Both the position numbers and the translations under genes were made by a program. The notes beneath the pieces were generated by a model that saw only the letters and a list, made by a program, of their open reading frames with translations, searched no databases and was not told the DNA's origin. A DNA stretch of 61,935 nucleotides, filler included, from Sphacelaria rigidula (lineage: Eukaryota): assembly GCA_964200075.2 (NCBI GenBank). It is 4 parts of 4 records of this genome, joined end to end, with 100 filler letters (N's around TTAATTAATTAA, not from the genome) between each part and the next. Parts side by side here need not be neighbours in the genome. Positions count along the whole stretch, not along the records: positions 15,511 to 30,919 come from CAXNAA020001761.1; 3 more parts are not named here. One strand, given 5' to 3'. Every line of letters begins with the position of its first letter. Position 1 is the stretch's first letter. Below, in pieces: positions 18,809 to 31,019 of this stretch.

Positions 18809-20695
18809 TCATACAAAACAGTGGGCCGTAGCGAAAATTGTGCTTCCGACGTCACACGCGAGTAAGTCTTGCACGAGCAGATGAAACTCCGACATGCTCC
18901 CCGTGTTCAGAGCGATCATCACCTCAGCGAGAGCGTGACTGCTGCCCCCCGTCCCTTTGCTGCTGCATGTCGTGTAGTTACTACTATCGTCTTGCTCCAC
19001 ACCGCCACCTCCGGCCCCTGGTTCCGAACGCATTAGAGTAACAACAATGCCCACAAACGGCGACGCTTTCTCCTCGCGGTTTCGGCCGTAGCCTCTGCTG
19101 TGGCAACCTGCAGCGCCCTCCGTCTTGTCGGCGGCCGAGCTCGCAGAGTCACACCCAGTATTGGTCACAGCAGCGGCGGCGACATTGGCGGTTGCGGCCC
19201 CGACGGCGATGCTCTCTGTGCTCCCCCTCATGACGGCCTGGCGGCAAGCTTTGACCCTAAAGAAAACTCTCGGCTGAGTCGGGGCTGGACCGATTCGGCA
19301 TGAGCACCCCACCGACTCGAGCGCCTTGAGGATAAGCGTGGCAAGCACGGACATGCACCGCTGCCCTGACCTGCTACTGGTCGGGGGGGCGCTGAAGAAG
19401 AAAATCACACGGGTTCCTTCTTCTCCCGATGCGGACCCCTTTGGCGGGGGCGGCGGTGATTCCGGTTGCGTTTTCCACTCCGCTGAGTGATCTGTCCCCT
19501 TTGCTGCCGCTTCGGGAGAAACAGGTTTTGTCGCTGTATTTTCCACAGACAGCGAAGACAGCAGGGACGCGAGCTCCGGGGAGTTCACGTCGCTCAAGTT
19601 GACGACGTGAGTCGTGTGATTCCCCTCGCGAGAATCGCTCGCGGAGGCGCTGCCGCCGCAACCGCCACCAGTGCCATTGCCGTCACCGACGCCGGCACTA
19701 CCGCTGTGCTTCTCCTCGTGAGGGGTGCAGTTCATGAATCCTAAAAATCGATCAACGCTCTCCCCCCGATCAAAACGTTCTCCTTGTATGGGTGAAGCGG
19801 TCGTTGTCGACTCTACTGTTGGCGGCGTCGACGGGGCAGTCTTCGCGGTTGGCTGCGGGGTTCGACACTCGGTTTTCGAACCAGACTCGGTGACGGTCCT
19901 GGGAACGCTCTTGGAACGTTTGGATGGTGAGGAGTTCACGGTCCAGGGACTGCCGGTGACACCACCGCCGCCGCCACTGGGGCTAGAGTGACGGCGGTCA
20001 GACAAGCGATCAGAAGCAGACCGCGAGTCGAGATTCCGGGTGACGTATTGAACAACCGTCTCCCTGCACATCGAGTCACTTTCGTCGCTCGTATTTTCAC
20101 CGTCAGAACCAAAGCCGGCATTCTTGCCCTTCCGCGGTTTACGCCAAAGTGCGGAAGCCACCCCCTCGACATTTTCGGACCGCCCGCCGTCTCCCCCAGC
20201 TTCGCGAGGAAAGGTACCCCCTGGTGGTGGGCACATACCCCCTGCTTCGGTGTGCGGTGGACCGCGCTCTGCCCAAGACAGCGCGCCGTCTTTTTCTGTG
20301 TTATCGCTGCTGCTCGTGCTGCTATCGCTGGAGCTTGCAGAATCTGCAGCAGAAAACCACTTGTCGCCATTATCGTCGCCGTTATCGTCGTTTCCGCTGT
20401 TGCTATCGTTGCCATTGTTTTTGCTGCCGCTAGCACGTTTGCCCTCGGCATCAACGCTGCCGTTCTCCTCCTGTCGCTTTACCCCCTTCATTCTTCTTGG
20501 CCGCCGGGGCTCCGGACAAGATCTCCTTCTATGCCTCCTTCGTGGGAGCCGGAGGGCCTGACGCTCTTGGATGAACCATGGGTGCGACCGGATTTGCTGG
20601 ATCGTGAACCGAGCTGAGGGGTTGGGCTCCAGCATACCGTCCAGCAGCGAGCGGACAGAAATTGTCATACCCGGGACGTAACTAAAGTTCCCCAT
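18809..20695 (-). CDS. CIPK-like exon 6 (kinase end, long disordered region, KA1-like C-terminus)
   Basis: 628-aa ORF beginning [41 protein letters not shown] immediately after a TAG acceptor. Confidence 0.9.
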   Translation of the reverse strand: MGNFSYVPGMTISVRSLLDGMLEPNPSARFTIQQIRSHPWFIQERQALRLPRRRHRRRSCPEPRRPRRMKGVKRQEENGSVDAEGKRASGSKNNGNDSNSGNDDNGDDNGDKWFSAADSASSSDSSTSSSDNTEKDGALSWAERGPPHTEAGGMCPPPGGTFPREAGGDGGRSENVEGVASALWRKPRKGKNAGFGSDGENTSDESDSMCRETVVQYVTRNLDSRSASDRLSDRRHSSPSGGGGGVTGSPWTVNSSPSKRSKSVPRTVTESGSKTECRTPQPTAKTAPSTPPTVESTTTASPIQGERFDRGESVDRFLGFMNCTPHEEKHSGSAGVGDGNGTGGGCGGSASASDSREGNHTTHVVNLSDVNSPELASLLSSLSVENTATKPVSPEAAAKGTDHSAEWKTQPESPPPPPKGSASGEEGTRVIFFFSAPPTSSRSGQRCMSVLATLILKALESVGCSCRIGPAPTQPRVFFRVKACRQAVMRGSTESIAVGAATANVAAAAVTNTGCDSASSAADKTEGAAGCHSRGYGRNREEKASPFVGIVVTLMRSEPGAGGGGVEQDDSSNYTTCSSKGTGGSSHALAEVMIALNTGSMSEFHLLVQDLLACDVGSTIFATAHCFV

Positions 20696-23600
20696 CTATT
20701 TTTCCGGCAAGCGTTTGCGGCGAGCACGTCGCCAGCCAGTGGGGTGTGAGGGAGCGGGGTGTCCACGGCGAGGAAGAGAGGGAGAGGAGGAATCTGTCAT
20801 GGTTCCATTCTTGGTATCGCTACGGAATGTGTGAGGGAAGCTGATCAAATGCACGCTGCTAGCTACGTTGTACACTGCGTCAACGCAAAGATCCCGAGCG
20901 GCCATGTCCAGCACGAAGAACAACAACGTGTGCATTTCGACCTACACCGAAGGCAACAGCACCAGGAAGCAACACGGTGATAGCTCCTGGTATAATTCTG
21001 AGATAACGACACACGCGCATGCTTACGCACACACACACGCGCGCGCGCCGACACACTCGTGGGCCTGAAAGCTGAGCTGCTGGCGAGCCTGCCTAGACAA
21101 AGTGGCGTCCGGAAGCATCCGAGACTTCTTCGGACTTCCATGAATCCAGCCCGTATGTGATGGTAAGTTGATCTAGTCTAGCACGGCACCTCGATTTCGT
21201 GTTCCCGGCAGGGGGTAACCATACTTAGATACAATAAGAGCAGACACAACACAACTTGATCACCTGGAAGGGAGGGCGGGCGAGCAGGAGAGCGGTGGGG
21301 AAGGGGGGCGGGCGGGAAAAAGGGCGGGCCTCGGAAGGACGGGTGGGAGGGGGGTTACACCATTGCGCGTGCTTGTCCTTGGGATATTCGGGATCTTGTG
21401 CACCGCCCTGTGTTCCTCTGTGTTTAGCGGGCATAGTCACGCGAGTGGATGTATCAAGAGCATGTTTTCACCTCGGCCTTCTCGAAGAGTTCGGTTACGT
21501 TTGCGGCTTCGAAAGGCAAGAATCCCGCTAGCATGGCGTACAGCGTCACGCCGAGTGACCACACATCCGCTGCACGGCCATCGTAACCCACCCCTTGCAC
21601 CACCTGTGAGTGGTCCATTGTTGGGTGTGAAACAAACGAACGAGCAAGGGTAATAAGTTTAAAGCAACATGAAACAACGAACGAACGAACGAACGGGATT
21701 TTATTCATTTATTTGAGTGAACGATAACGGGCGTTTCGTTCTCCAGGCGAAGACGCGAAGGATTGCTCAAAAACAAACGGACGGAGTTGTTATCGTCGAA
21801 ACTTCCAAATACCAACCGCAGATCAACCGGGAACGAAATAAATGGGAGAGATTATCAACAAGACGAGTACGGGGTACTCGAGACATACAGTCGACACCAC
21901 ATATGAAAGCTCCTTGAAGCGGCAGCCGGACCATCCGTGCGCGCCTCGTGGGGTCTATGTATATGCACTATAGATCGGGAAAAAAAACTCCTTGGTGGGC
22001 ATAGCTGTTCAAATATTTTGCAATTATTCTCCCGAGCCTCGAGGGGTTCAAAACGGTGTCCGGCGGGGTAAAAGGTCTCCGGGAGACAAGATTACTTGCT
22101 CTGAACAAGAGCATAGTATACCGCCATGAACCTCAGCCCTCCCGAGCGGGTGGGTGGTGCGTTCCCACAAAGTCATTATACCGAAGGGCAGTAAGTAGAA
22201 AGGCACCCCACTATCCACTACTCTCCAGGCGCCGGAATCCGCCAGACGAGGAACTCAAAGTGTTGGAATGTCACGAATATAAAACACACACATACGTACA
22301 AGAATTCACAAGGAGCGCAGGCGCGTACTCCCTCTCTCTCTCTCCCTCTCTCTCGGGGTATGTGCTGATAATGTATGTGCAAATAAAATGCAAGGAATAC
22401 CGCAGCCTTTGAAAACACATGGCACTGAAAACAACAACGCCGATGAGGACTGTTGGACACACATGATCGTCCTTGTTGGGGCGAGTGACAAAAAAAAACA
22501 CATGGACGACACGCACCACGGTGTACACTTATCATCAGGTACACGATAGCAACATCTCGCGCCGTGTGGACGTGACTGATCGTTTTCTTCTCTGATTCTC
22601 CCTCTCCGCATCTCTCCCTCGCTTACCTCCGGCGCAGTGTAGTCGGGAGTCCCACAAGCGAGGTGCATGAGATTCACCACGTCGTGTCCCATACCCGGGT
22701 CGAACAATCCCGCTAGAGCAAAGCCCGTTAACTTGACGTTTCTTCGCCTGTCCAAAATGACGTTTTCAGGCTGCAAGGAAACAGAAGGAACAAGTGGGAC
22801 AATGGAGAAAACACGAAGGCACATGAGCACAACCAGAACAATACTGTCACAAACAAGGACGGCGGTTGGAGCGTGGGGGGCGGGGGGCGGGGGTTGTACG
22901 GCCGAGACGAGATAAAATAAAAGGAAAGGAGAATAAAGACCATGGCCGACAAGGACACAAATACACATATCTCATGACACCATTCGTGGATTATGGTGAT
23001 AGTTGGGGGCGAACACACGTGTATAGATATAAGTGCTCGCACGAGGTACATTCATGCGAAGGGGAAATGGTGACAAACATACGGCAGGCACGACACGTGA
23101 CATAGCCGCGCGTTCTGACAGTTGTTTGGAACTTGTCGGGTTGTTGTATGTTGGGGGTATTTATAACCCTTTTGATGGAGTAGGTCCTCTAAAGGACTAC
23201 AGTTGCTGCGAGTGCATTGAGGCCACTGTCATGAAGCGAACCTTCCTACACGCCAGCCGCGTTGTGCGCATGCAGGATGAAGGCTTCCCCAACATTGTCA
23301 AGCGTGCTGTTATGGTTGGAGGGAAGACGAGGGCAGGTCGACCAGCAAGGTGCCCACAACACTGTATCGCGGACTACTGTTTGTACTTCGGAATACATGC
23401 TACATTGTGGAAGCAGGTTGCCAAAGATGTGTCTGAATGGTCCCGAGTTGTAGAGGAGGGGACTAACATGGACATGGCAGCCTGGACGAAAGCACGCCAT
23501 GCTGAGGAACTGTTTGCTGTGCTACCAATAGAGCTCCCCCAGTGCCCACCGAGGGACCTCCAAAAAGTAACCAGTAGTCCATCGGGTAGTACACTCACTG

Positions 23601-26600
23601 GTATATCTGCGGTCTTTCCCAGCAACTGTGGTGGTTGTCTACGAGGGTGGGTGTCTGGGGTTGTTTTTGAGTTGACCCTCGATCGGTGGCCATGCTAATC
23701 CCCTTGTGTGATCCGTCTTTTCTCTTGTTTCCCTTTTCCGTCGGTGTGCTTTTCTCAGCAGATCCGAAGGGTTCTTTCTTTCCCCCTTCCACCCCGTTGA
23801 ACTCGGGGGAGCTACTTCTCATGTTTTTCTTGGCGTCTCTCTTCTGGTTTTCATTTTGGTAATGTTTTAGTTGATTGTGTTTGTTCTTGTAATTAGCCTG
23901 GAGTCTCAGAAAAAAAATGACGAAGGATTTCATGTCTTAAAAGGAATAGCAGGGATGGTGATGGAAGGACGAGCCCACGTCTGTGTCCACGGGTTTGACA
24001 GATCGGACTAATGCGCGAAAATAATAAAAATAAAAATAACGGCCCTACCGCGGGCTCTGCAGAAGATACGCCGAACAGTCACAAACATATTCATTTTTTT
24101 TGTGAAATTACACCTCGCCAAAAGGCCGAAGCCCAGCGACCAAGAAACTGTGTAGCCTTCTGCTGGTTGGCCCGCAGACCCGGCAGATCCGACGATGCAT
24201 CCAGGAAAGGGCTGGTTCCCAAATGGTCGGAAACAATGGTTGGTACTGTCAGTGAGTAAATTAAAGTTACAACTATCGTTTCCGACCATCGGGTAATCTC
24301 TGTTGATCCAGGACGCGCGAACGCTTGTGTGCCGGAGATCACGAAGATCCAAGGAACATGTGTGGAAAGCCTTGCCGGCACACACATGCCCGAACGGCAG
24401 AATGTGGAGTCCCCATGTGGAACATCAGGTGTGCCTGCCAGACTTTTCAGATATGTTGTTTGAATCTTCGTGGTCTCCGGCACACGAGCGTTCTGGCCCG
24501 GGATGCATCGCCGGATCTTCCGGGGTCAGCGGGCCAACCAGCAGAAGGTTACAATTTCTGGGTCGTTGGGTTTCGGCCTCTTTGACGGAGTGTAATTTCA
24601 CAAGATATATATAAATATATATGTTTGTGATTGTTCCGCGTATCTTCTGCAAAGCCCGCGCTAGGGTCACCGCTTTACGTGAGCATAAAAAGTTAGATAC
24701 GTAAACAAAAGAAGGTATGAGACAATTCTTAGCAGAGTGTCGCGCGTACCCTTCTGGTTTGTTGACGAAGAGGGTGCCCTAACAGGCTCTCCTATTTTGG
24801 AACGTGTTTTCGAGGTGCTCGGCCCACGTGCGGCGCCGCGCCCCAAACCGAAAAGTGCGATACCCTTCATTGTTCCAGAAACATGCACGGTGTACCCTAT
24901 ATGGGGTACTCCCTCCCCAGAAAAGTGACCAAAACGAAACAAAACGATAGATCCTGCAAGCCCGTTGCTGATCTTTCAAATATGTGAAGATCAAACAGCA
25001 TCCTGCATTGTATCACAAGCAAAATCAGGGTGACCTTGATGCCAGAAAGACTTCGCCTTGGCCAACTTGTTTCCTTCTCGTTACAGTACATACCTTTATG
25101 TCACGGTGGCAAACTCCTCGAAGGTGGCAGTGCTCCACCGCATCCAGCAACTGGCCGAAGTAATGTCGGGCCCAATTGTCGTCCAGCCTGCCACGTTTTG
25201 CATTTCATTTTATTCGCGTTAATTCGTGAGGTGGATCATCAGATCATGGGAGTAAATCACGCTCCCTTCATCGCTACCGACTGATCACGCGATAGGTCAT
25301 CGTTGTGATCTGGAACATTAAACCAAGACCCGCACCATCCCTTCGACTGCAAAACCGTCGCTGTAAGGTACTGCCTCAAACCCTGAAGCCGAGCTTACAC
25401 GAGATGGTTGATCACGGGTTAGGGGAGAGACTGCGGGGGAATGACTGGCTTGGAGGGAAGTGAGGCGTGATACATGTAGGGCGCACCTACACCTGCGATG
25501 GTATAGGACATTCGGGATAAGTGCTGGAGTCAGCGAAGCTGATGAGCGTGGTGCATCCGTCCCGCGGGTCCTTTGCATAGAGGACGAGGAAGGAAGATAA
25601 AACATGATGGATGGCGCACGACCAGCCCGAGGACCGAGCACTGTTGTAGCGGGTACATAATGGTCGTTGTGGATTATAACAGAGCTGCAAGGAACCATGG
25701 GAAAGCTTCCCTCATGTACGTACACAGCCTGGTATCACCCCTCCTGGTCCCTGTTCCCCCGGTCGTCAAATGCTCCCCGTCCCTGTCTGCAGCCTCTTTA
25801 CTGTTGCCAAACGTAAGACTTACTATTGGAAACAAGTTTGAGTACGTCCCGATTTGTAGTCAAGAGCGCGGCGGCGTCCAAAACACTCTAATTTTCAGTT
25901 GTTACGACCAGCGATGATCATTGTGAATCCATGAGTGTGAAAATGGTATAAGTAGCAGAGGGTCGAGTTCGGGGGCGAGCGTGTCCTCACCACCATGTAC
26001 TTGGGTTCGTGTTTTTTTACGTCACGCATTTGCTGTCGAGGATGCCATCATCGATGATGGAACAATTTCTCAACTTGAAAGTTGGACCGGGCCTGTGGAT
26101 GTCCGTGTAAATAAATGCGTATGCCCTTTGTAGTAAGTAGCCAGAACCGCTATTATTTGGGGGGATGAATCGCAGTAATCCGACGGACAGAAAACATAAT
26201 AGCATACATACGCGGACGGCGACGCGCTTCAAATTCAACCTTATGAAAAAATGCCCAAGATAACGAAGGACCTGTCTTTATTTTTTCATCAATTTCGTAT
26301 CTATATTTCATCATAAAATCGATGTGAACGGATGAAAAATGAAGCCCTACAAAGATGAAGCAGGCGAAGGTTAACGGTAAACCGAGTTTCGACATGTTCT
26401 CACTCATATCGACACACAATTTCCATAGTTCGGTATTTCGCAAACTCTCAACAGTTGCAAGTATCTGTATTTCCTTTCATACAAATGCTTTGGAGGCAAA
26501 ACTGCTCAGCAACTCGACTCTTCCTCCCTCCAACCAAAGCACACCTGCCCTTGGAGGAGATAATCTGGAACAGATCGCTCGGTGACCTCGACACCGTTTC

Positions 26601-28115
26601 CATCACCACGAAGATCTTGCTGGGCGAAGCAAGCACCTCCAACAGTTCCAGTACATTTGGGTGACCGTTGGTCCTGGACATAACTTCGATCTCGAACTTG
26701 ACTGTCTCGCCCATTTCCAAATCTCGACGTGTGCTATCGGCATCGAACACCTGCTGGGGTGATGGGACGAGGGTTGGGGTTATGGCGAGGCTAGGCTAGG
26801 GGCAAGGGCTAGGGTTAAAGCAAGTGGCCCACCCAGTTGTTTTCATAGGTACACTGTACACTCTCAAGTTTGTCACACGATGCCTGGCCGACTGTGGGAC
26901 CCCGGCGATTTCTTCTTCGAACCTAAATTATTGTACGCTTGATAAAACTCGGTAGCGTTGTCGACTTGCACCACGGATCCAAGCTCCACGCCCAGTGGGG
27001 GTCAAGTTCTTAGAGCTCCCTACCACGCACGGATATTCGAAGGCTACCCTACAGGATGTCTCCAGGGTACCTCCACCGTACTACTTCAGTGTGTACCCTG
27101 AACCATGCGGGCAGACTTGCTCGACTTGTGAAAAGAAACAGATATATATGTTCATGTATGTATATATAGTGCTTGCTCTGCGTCGTCACGATGACGACTA
27201 CTGCGCGGTACCATGAACATACGGCCAAAGAAGCCGGAGTACAAAAGATTTAGTCGGCGCTGACTTCTGAGGGCAACTGATACCCCGCGCCTACTTCTGT
27301 ATGCTCCGGGGCTCAATTTGGGACAAAAACGATGACCCGGCGGGGACAACTATCTCGTGATGCGGGGAATTTCATGTTTCATGTAACGGCTGGACGATTG
27401 ACGAATAGTTCATATTCGTCAACGCGAAACGCAGACTTCATTGCTCCTGTGTTACACGAGCGCGCATGGCGCATATCATAGAGCACGGTGCGGTATAGCA
27501 CAATGTAGCACACCCCAACAACGTATCTATCTTCACACCAAACGAACGTGTGACTTGGTATACCTTGATTGAACTCTGTTGCTTGTTCTGAAATAAAACA
27601 CATGAAAAAGGTCCGTCCCTACGTCCCTACCCGTTACCCTATTAGTATTATCACCTCGAGGGTGCCACGAATATCCACGGTCCAGTGTATTTCCGATGTG
27701 TTCGAGATTGAACTGCGGCGTGGGGCAAAAATGGCCAACCAACATTAGCACTAGAGAAGCGAGGAGGCTAGGTTATCACTTCATCCTTAGCACTTCAATG
27801 GCACTGTAATCATATTAGCGACAGATGCTGAATACTCGTATCATTGTGCAGCAGCTGGTGTGTGCACAATCAAAACGAACCCCCAAGATACATGATTTGA
27901 CACATTTCTATACCTGTGCGTTGGGTTTACGAAACATTACAGATCATTCCAACCGACCGGGCCGTACCCTCACATACCTTGACGGTGACTCGTCGATTTG
28001 AGTTCATATCCCGACCCATCATGGTGACCTCCATGCGCTCCGAACCATCCCGCTGCTGCTCGCTGCAGCTGTTGCTCGAGAGCAGATACCTCCCTAGCCA
28101 TCGACGTCGCCCCAT
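18809..28115 (-). CDS. SNF1/CIPK (SnRK3)-like protein kinase-domain protein, probable pseudokinase, 6 exons, ~866 aa
   Basis: Hand-spliced exons 28115-27978, 26750-26545, 25187-25094, 22770-22627, 21603-21472, 20695-18809, all GT-AG and in frame. Motifs [96 protein letters not shown]. Start ATG is tentative. Confidence 0.88.
21472..21603 (-). CDS. CIPK-like exon 5
   Basis: [52 protein letters not shown]. Confidence 0.92.
22627..22770 (-). CDS. CIPK-like exon 4 (DFG replaced by GFA; APE)
   Basis: [56 protein letters not shown]. Confidence 0.92.
23200..23500 (+). mobile_element. RTE-like non-LTR retrotransposon 3' fragment in kinase intron 3
   Basis: [48 protein letters not shown]...[18 protein letters not shown] resembles the RTE ORF C-terminus (RMxxxRLPK..GRP..W..A.D...W). 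Confidence 0.7.
24041..24668. mobile_element. Foldback/MITE with ~165-bp TIRs in kinase intron 3
   Basis: 24041-24205 pairs with 24498-24668; inner IR 24317-24385 / 24425-24492; small extra hairpin 24223-24288. Confidence 0.8.
25094..25187 (-). CDS. CIPK-like exon 3 (HRD)
   Basis: [39 protein letters not shown]; not in the ORF track. Confidence 0.92.
26545..26750 (-). CDS. CIPK-like exon 2
   Basis: [51 protein letters not shown]...[10 protein letters not shown](R). Confidence 0.9.
27978..28115 (-). CDS. CIPK-like exon 1 (subdomains I-II, no GxGxxG)
   Basis: [46 protein letters not shown]; donor AAG|GTATGT. Confidence 0.72.
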
Positions 28116-30919
28116 CGAAGAGCCAGGACGGTACTGTTGTATGTACAAGAGGCTTCGTACGCTGCTTGCTCTACACTATTTACTTTTGGATCCCTCGTGG
28201 TCACTGCTGATGACTTGGAACTTTTGGTACCGGACACACGACAAGCCCAGTTCAACACGCAAACGCACGTCCCACACACACCCTTGCTTACTCCATATCA
28301 GCACTTCAACCAAAGACGGTATTCTACTCTCGGCTGCCACGGTAGCAGAAGGAACCGTCGTTGAGCTCTTCAATCAGCCAAGTCGCTAAGCGTTACACAC
28401 CAGGGGAAGCTCTACTATTTTGAACTGGGGCATGAAGGTTGGGGTGTGAGACCCTGCTTGTTCGTTCCCGGTTCTCTTCGTTCGAACGTCTATTCGGGGC
28501 CCCCGTGATAAATATTCGGAACAGATTTCCAGGCGACGAAGATCAGTTGATGGTACCGACCATCCTATGAGATGAATATTGGCGTGGGATGAGCAGTCTG
28601 AGAACACCCGTAAATTTTTGTAGTAGCTTTGGTGAGGATTGATCTACCGTTCGGTGAGCGGTTCCTTCAGGAGGGGAGGAACGGGTGTTGATGATCAGGG
28701 TGAAGGGCTGCGGCATCACAAAGGATCAAACGCCTCCACACGACCGCGCTGATACTTTCGCGTGGAAGATGGCTCACACACCTTGCGTCGAACAGACCAC
28801 ATTACAGATGGTAATGCAGAATGTAGACAGCACAAGTTCAACAATGCAGCCGCTATGACAACAGTGTACAGTGAACAAAGGAATCCTGCCTCTATAGCTG
28901 GCGCGTTCGAGGTGGGCTTGGAAGTTCCGTAGCACCGAAAGGCTTGCCCCATGAACCCCAGGTTGACTGTAGAGTATATATAATCAGTGCTTTACGATCA
29001 AATAGACAGCGTGATCTGCCGAAAGTACTCTCAACTTCGGTCAGGGATGAGCTTCTCGCCCCGTGTTGTCCATGCAGGTGTTCTGCGCTGTACTATATCG
29101 ACCCATCTACAGTCAGTACTCCTGCGCAATGCTATCCTGTGCTGCTGGGCTGCGCCATGCCATGTTGTTGTACTACACTCTAGGCTCACAGGTGCACAGT
29201 GCCTGCCAGCCTTTTTTTGGCACACTTGTAAAAAACATGAATGATGTGCACGCTATCACTGCGAGAGCTGTTCCCCTTGCCGAGTGTTTGTATTGTTCCA
29301 CCTACCAGTATGCTACACTGTTGTAGTCTGCGAGAACTGTTGTGAGTGTTATATGTACGTGGAGTGATGCGGATCCGCCTCAACGAGGGATGAAGGTGGG
29401 ATTACGAGTGTCGCGTGTGGTTTCAATGTGCGACAACAACATAGATTCTCCACTACGGTGGGGAAGGCTACTATTGTCATGCCGCCGCCCATCATCTGAC
29501 ATCAGTGGCTGCTGTAGATGTTTCACCCTTCGTTCGATCCGTGGAGTATGGTAGGAGTATGCATTGTATGAAAAAGTTTAACTTTGTACTGATCTCTCCC
29601 CAACTTAGGGTACTGATCTGCACGGTGGGTCACCCAGGTCTACCGTTCATTTTTCAAGCAAAAGTCATGCCCATCCAGAAGAAGATCCATGCTGGCGGTC
29701 AGGGATTTTAGGTTGCAGTTTGTTGGGTACGTAGTTAGCCTGTTACCACGGAAGACTTCCGCACCAGATGCCCAGTACGGAGGACTGCACAGGGATCGGA
29801 ACGGCTTTTGATGTGAAGACGACAACAAGTTGCGGCACTGACATGTACCTGTGTAAATGGATAATACAGTGAAATCATACTACACTGTACTGTGTGTGCT
29901 GTTGCACTTTTGTACTTGCGAACACCACCGTATACGAAAAACAAAATTTCACAGGCGACAACGGTAGGGGTTCTCGGGCACTCAGATCTCTCAAATGCTC
30001 GACATCCACCTGCTCTGTGTAAAATAGGAAGCAAAATCGGCGCATATTGTGTCCCAACGAATTGATCTCAATTCATAGCTAAACGATGTTATTAGGCAAT
30101 CTGACGAGGAGTGCCTGTCAATGAATCAAGAACGGCTCTTACTGTAGGCCGTGCTGGTATGTAGTACACCCTGTTCCTCTAAAGTCCCGTGTATCGTGCT
30201 TCTCACGTGTTTGAAACAGCGCTGGAACTCGGTACGCATATCACAGGTTTTGTCTGAGATAGCGCGTGTAAGATGATTCTCAGTCATCAAGGACGGACGC
30301 AGTTTGACGGACATTTGGGGTCTGATCCAGCAACAGAAATGATTCATCTCTTGGCCGAAACAAGAAACGATGATCACGTGTCGTGCCAACTGTGTGGTGT
30401 ATTGTAGCGTGGAAAAGTATATGTTGAAGTCAACCTAGTACACACGTCATGTCGCGCTGGATGGAGTGAACTAACTCTGCTTACCCTGACACACGAAATT
30501 GTTATCTATCGGGCGGTGCGACCGTTCGCATTCGCATGTAGCGCTTTCCGGTCCCAGTCCGGGATGAGGTGGACACACCCGCCTTGATTTGGACCAGGGC
30601 GGAAGCACGAGTGAGGCAGGTGTTTTTGGCTTATATTATTGTAACAGAGCGCGCCTTGGCGAGGGTTCACCACTTCATGGACATAGGAGCGAGATTCTGT
30701 ATCGGCAAATCTACTCCGTGCCGGTGGATAAACCGCCCAGAAGATTATCCTCCCGCCGTAACATTTCCCCGCACCGTCAAATTTTCCCACATAACTTTTC
30801 ATGGTATCCCGCAACTCACGCCATCGCTCAATCGTTCAGAATCCTGCCACTACTCGCCGAGGAGCAATGCTACGGTAGGGGTGCACTTTTTTCGCGAAAT
30901 CTTGTCTGGTTCAGGGGCT

Positions 30920-31019
30920 NNNNNNNNNNNNNNNNNNNNNNNNNNNNNNNNNNNNNNNNNNNNTTAATTAATTAANNNNNNNNNNNNNNNNNNNNNNNNN
31001 NNNNNNNNNNNNNNNNNNN
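30920..31019. other. Scaffold gap with TTAATTAATTAA linker
   Basis: 100-bp N/linker block. Confidence 0.98.

Noticed and set aside
19487-20617. Several plus-strand ORFs up to 209 aa
   Set aside because: Antisense shadows of the GC-rich last exon of the kinase-like gene.
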